Source of the DNA: Diadema antillarum
Taxonomy: Eukaryota
DNA length: 64,000 bases
Direction of reading: 5' to 3'
Assembly: GCF_040938485.1 (NCBI RefSeq)
Contig: NW_027271853.1
Coordinates: 186,001-250,000 of the forward strand
The notes under the pieces are model-generated. The model saw nothing but the letters and a program-made list of their open reading frames with translations, made no database searches and was not told the origin of the DNA. Each line of letters opens with the position of its first letter. The stretch's first letter is position 1. Positions 60,924 to 64,000 of this stretch are shown piece by piece. A program made the translations under genes and the position numbers.

Positions 60924-61888
60924 TCATAAAATCAAGGCTGTAAGGCGTCTTCTGAGATCACTTAATTTCTCGCGAAACAGACGATCCCTGTAGCCGTAGA
61001 TGAGCGGATTGACAGCCGAGCTTACTTCTAAATGCCAAAACTGATGAGGGCGATTTGGGCAAGAACGGGTTGATGATACTCGCTCACTAATCCTAAACCC
61101 ACGTGTATTTGCGAGAGGACACAGCACATCACGTAGATGAAAACGACTATGGAGATTGTTTGGGCCGCTTTGAAATTCTTAATCAACAATTCACGGTTCT
61201 CTCGATCCCTTCCGAAGGCTTCGTTTGCCTGAAATATCACTCGGGACTGTTTGAAAGCAATATGTAATATACGGACATTGATAGCCACCACGGTGAGAAG
61301 AGCAATGCTAAGGTTTATTAGCGTGCCCAGATGCAGGGCCCGCAGAAAGGGGTCCTGAAAGTATCTTCCGGGGCACTTAATAGTAATCATCGCAGAGATT
61401 TTGGAAACATGCAGGAAGTAGTGATATGTTAGAAAATAAGCACCAAGTAATATCCATGAGAATACAATCACAACTTGAACTCGCCTAGTAGTCACTAAGG
61501 TGACGTAGCGCAGTGGTCTGGTAACGGCTATATACCGGTCTACCGAGACGATGGTTATATGAAAAAGAGAGACAGAGGCGACCGACATTAAGGGTGCAGC
61601 AAATACAAGCTCTTCGAAGGAGTCACAACGCGTAGTCCTTGAGAGGTTGAAATAAAGATAGAGAGGAATACCGACAAGTCCAGTGAAAAAATCGGCCACA
61701 GAAAGACTTGCAATGATGAAATATGTTGGTGTCCACAAACGATGGTATCTGTAAACTGCAAATACCACCAAGCCGTTTCCAACAACGCTACAAGCTACCA
61801 CTGGTATCAAACAAGTCAAGAGCAAAGCAGTGTTCAGCGGGGTAATTGCCGTAATGTCGACTGGGCTTGTATGTACTGAATCCATCAT
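60924..61888 (-). pseudogene. Class A GPCR type C, unit 3, frameshifted in TM7 by an 8-bp insertion
   Basis: TTCTAAAT inserted at 61026-61033 relative to the other C copies; NPLIY and helix 8 lie in another frame; 965 bp = 957+8. Confidence 0.88.
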
Positions 61889-62792
61889 GATATCTTCAAA
61901 CGTTCAAATGTGCACGACTTCTGTAGCGAACCTATCCACAAGATCAAGAGATCCAATGGTCGAGTGAACTAAAAGGAATGTCCATATGGCGCAACTGGTA
62001 TCATAGATTAACCGCTCACTTTTTCTCTTTATTAACCTCGGTTCATGTGCGCAAAACTCTCCTTACAGTAATGAATACGATTTAATTGGTTGTCGGCGCT
62101 TATCTTTGAAGTGGAAAAGTAATTTCTTAGTTACGAGGGATGCTGTGTGATTTTAGCAACTTCAATCAACAAACTGCTTCAGCGTGTCACTCATGTTCTC
62201 CCATCTTAATATTCTGATGTCAATCACCTGACTGTAGGTTAATGCTCACATCAGATTTATAACTAACACATGCTAAATTTAAATCAGTTTTCTCGTTAGT
62301 TACAATTCCATTTACATGTCCTGGGAAAAGTTGCTTCACGAACACTATCCACCTTCTTAAGGATTATGTAAAAAAGTGGAACGGGGAAGTGGAATGCATT
62401 GACGAAATATATGAGTGTAAACTACTTGCGAATTCCAAGTTTCGATGATAAAAAGCAATTTCAAGAAAATTTTGCCGCTGGTAAACGCGCTTTTCAAAGA
62501 AGAGAGACTTAGGAGCATTATGCTCTTCTTTTTTATTTGGCTCTTCAGAGCGATTAAAATGAGATTTTGAAAGGTGTAAGCACCAATGAATAATATAAAG
62601 TCCCGTCTTTACAGACCCGGGTGTTCGGCGGCGAAGATTTACCCAATCTTATGTAAGTAAAAACAGCCCCTAATTGGATATTGATACACGGGGCTTAATG
62701 TATTGGCCTCGTGGGCCTTGTTTGCTTAGTGTCGAACTCATGGGCTGTAATTCACGGGCTGTATGATTCGTGGGCTGTATGACTTGTGGGTG

Positions 62793-63334
62793 CACTGCAA
62801 AAAGGCCGGTGTTAAATATGAAACACCGAGCTCGTGTTAAATTTCCGGTGCTCATTCATGGTGTTAGATTAACACCTCCGGATGTCATTTCAAAATTCAA
62901 AATTGTTTTTTTGTTGTTGAATAGTTTCTTAGTTACTGCGCTTCTTGTTAATTTTGAACTTCCACAAGACGATAAAGAATTTTCCGATAAAGTACTTGAT
63001 TAAAAAAACAAACACACTGTAAATACATTTACACCACAGTAACATCAGTTGGTGTGGTCCCCTATTGAAGCTGGACGGGTGTTATACCATTGAAATTGAC
63101 ACCACCAATATCAAATCAACACCATGCGGTGTCACTATTGAATTAGCTCTAGTGCAGCGTCAAAAATATCACCAGCCACAGTATCAAATTAACACCACGA
63201 AGTGCCATGCGAACACTTTTTAACACCGTCACAATACATTTTCTACACCTGTGGGTGTGGTCCTCTATTGAAGTTTGATCGGTGTTAGATTTAACACCTA
63301 TGGTGTTAAATCTAACACCGATGTTTTTACACTG
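62793..63334. mobile_element. CACTG-ended EnSpm-like MITE, same insertion as 34359-34895
   Basis: Same host sequence and TG flanks; right terminus mutated to TTTTTACACTG. Confidence 0.85.
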
Positions 63335-64000
63335 TGTCGGTTTCATGACGCGCACCCGTTTCAAATAGCAGCAACAGCTATTAGTGAAGACAACGCTCAC
63401 AGAAGCATCAAACTTTCGATGTTTCTTTTCATTACAAACTCAGTTTGGAATTTGATAACTATACTGATGTAAAAGCATAGAGAAAGTACTGACTATAATG
63501 TAAATGAAGGCACAAAATTAAGAAAATGACCATATGAATGCTCTGAAGGCATCGTTCTCTTTCTTTTTGTCAATGGCGTCTGTCAAGGTGTACTGATGTT
63601 TGTTGCATACTGTAAACATTCTTTTACTACTCAGAAACCTTTATTCAGGGTTGTCATAGCATGATATCCCTCTTGTCTTCACATGGTAACGCTTATGTCG
63701 TCAGTATGTTTTATCTGAAGGCATAATTGATGTGTTCTGGAGCCAACTATGATACTTGAATTACCTTCAGCACATTTGATTTTACTCAGGATTGGATGTC
63801 TAAATATGACAATTACTCTGGTAGGGGACATTTTACCGGGAGCACCTAATGTAAGTTAGTGTGTGTGTTTGTATGTATGGTTGGAAGGTATGCATGTGTA
63901 TGTATTCATATACAAAATCATATCAAGGCTCGATCGATATTTTTTTTTTGTGTGATAGTAGATAGTCTTCTGGAATCCATGGCTAAGTGTGGGTAGGTCG

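Larger units (their letters stand above)
19330..64000. repeat. Higher-order tandem repeat of a three-receptor unit (A-B-C), three copies of about 14-16 kb
   Basis: A stops at 21122/37131/51365, B at 27946/45197/58926, C at 30422/47681/60924; intergenic landmarks recur, e.g. ATTCAAATTCAGTCAG near 19350/35790/49430. Confidence 0.92.

Noticed and set aside
6230-61785. Recurrent 62-68 aa alternate-frame ORFs (MLETAWWYLQFT... and relatives) and antisense ORFs over the GPCRs
   Set aside because: Shadow frames conserved only because the overlapping receptor codons are conserved

Overview
AT-rich animal genomic DNA (sea-urchin/echinoderm-like by gene and repeat content; inference) with four short N gaps. 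The window is a tandem array of 12 single-exon rhodopsin-class (class A) GPCR loci, all on the minus strand: 8 intact ORFs (314-322 aa) and 4 disrupted copies. They look like a lineage-expanded, odorant-receptor-like chemosensory family rather than aminergic receptors. From about 19.3 kb onward the array is a higher-order repeat of a three-gene unit (types A, B, C) present three times, with mosaic identity between units. Every type-B copy is inactivated by a different lesion. Comparing the units reveals many polymorphic insertions with exact target-site duplications: CACTG-ended MITEs, TTAA Kolobok-like MITEs, an AATT-TSD element, TA-TSD elements and an L2 LINE inside a receptor gene. The two most unusual non-coding signals are (i) a minimal type-I hammerhead-ribozyme fold with a U3-A8 core variant at 25895-25932 (minus), and (ii) a TIR-bounded element carrying a tRNA-Thr(AGT)-like cloverleaf, found as a monomer in a (TA)n tract and as a 327-bp tandem plus fold-back array. 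All identities and alignments were judged by eye; no database searches were run.
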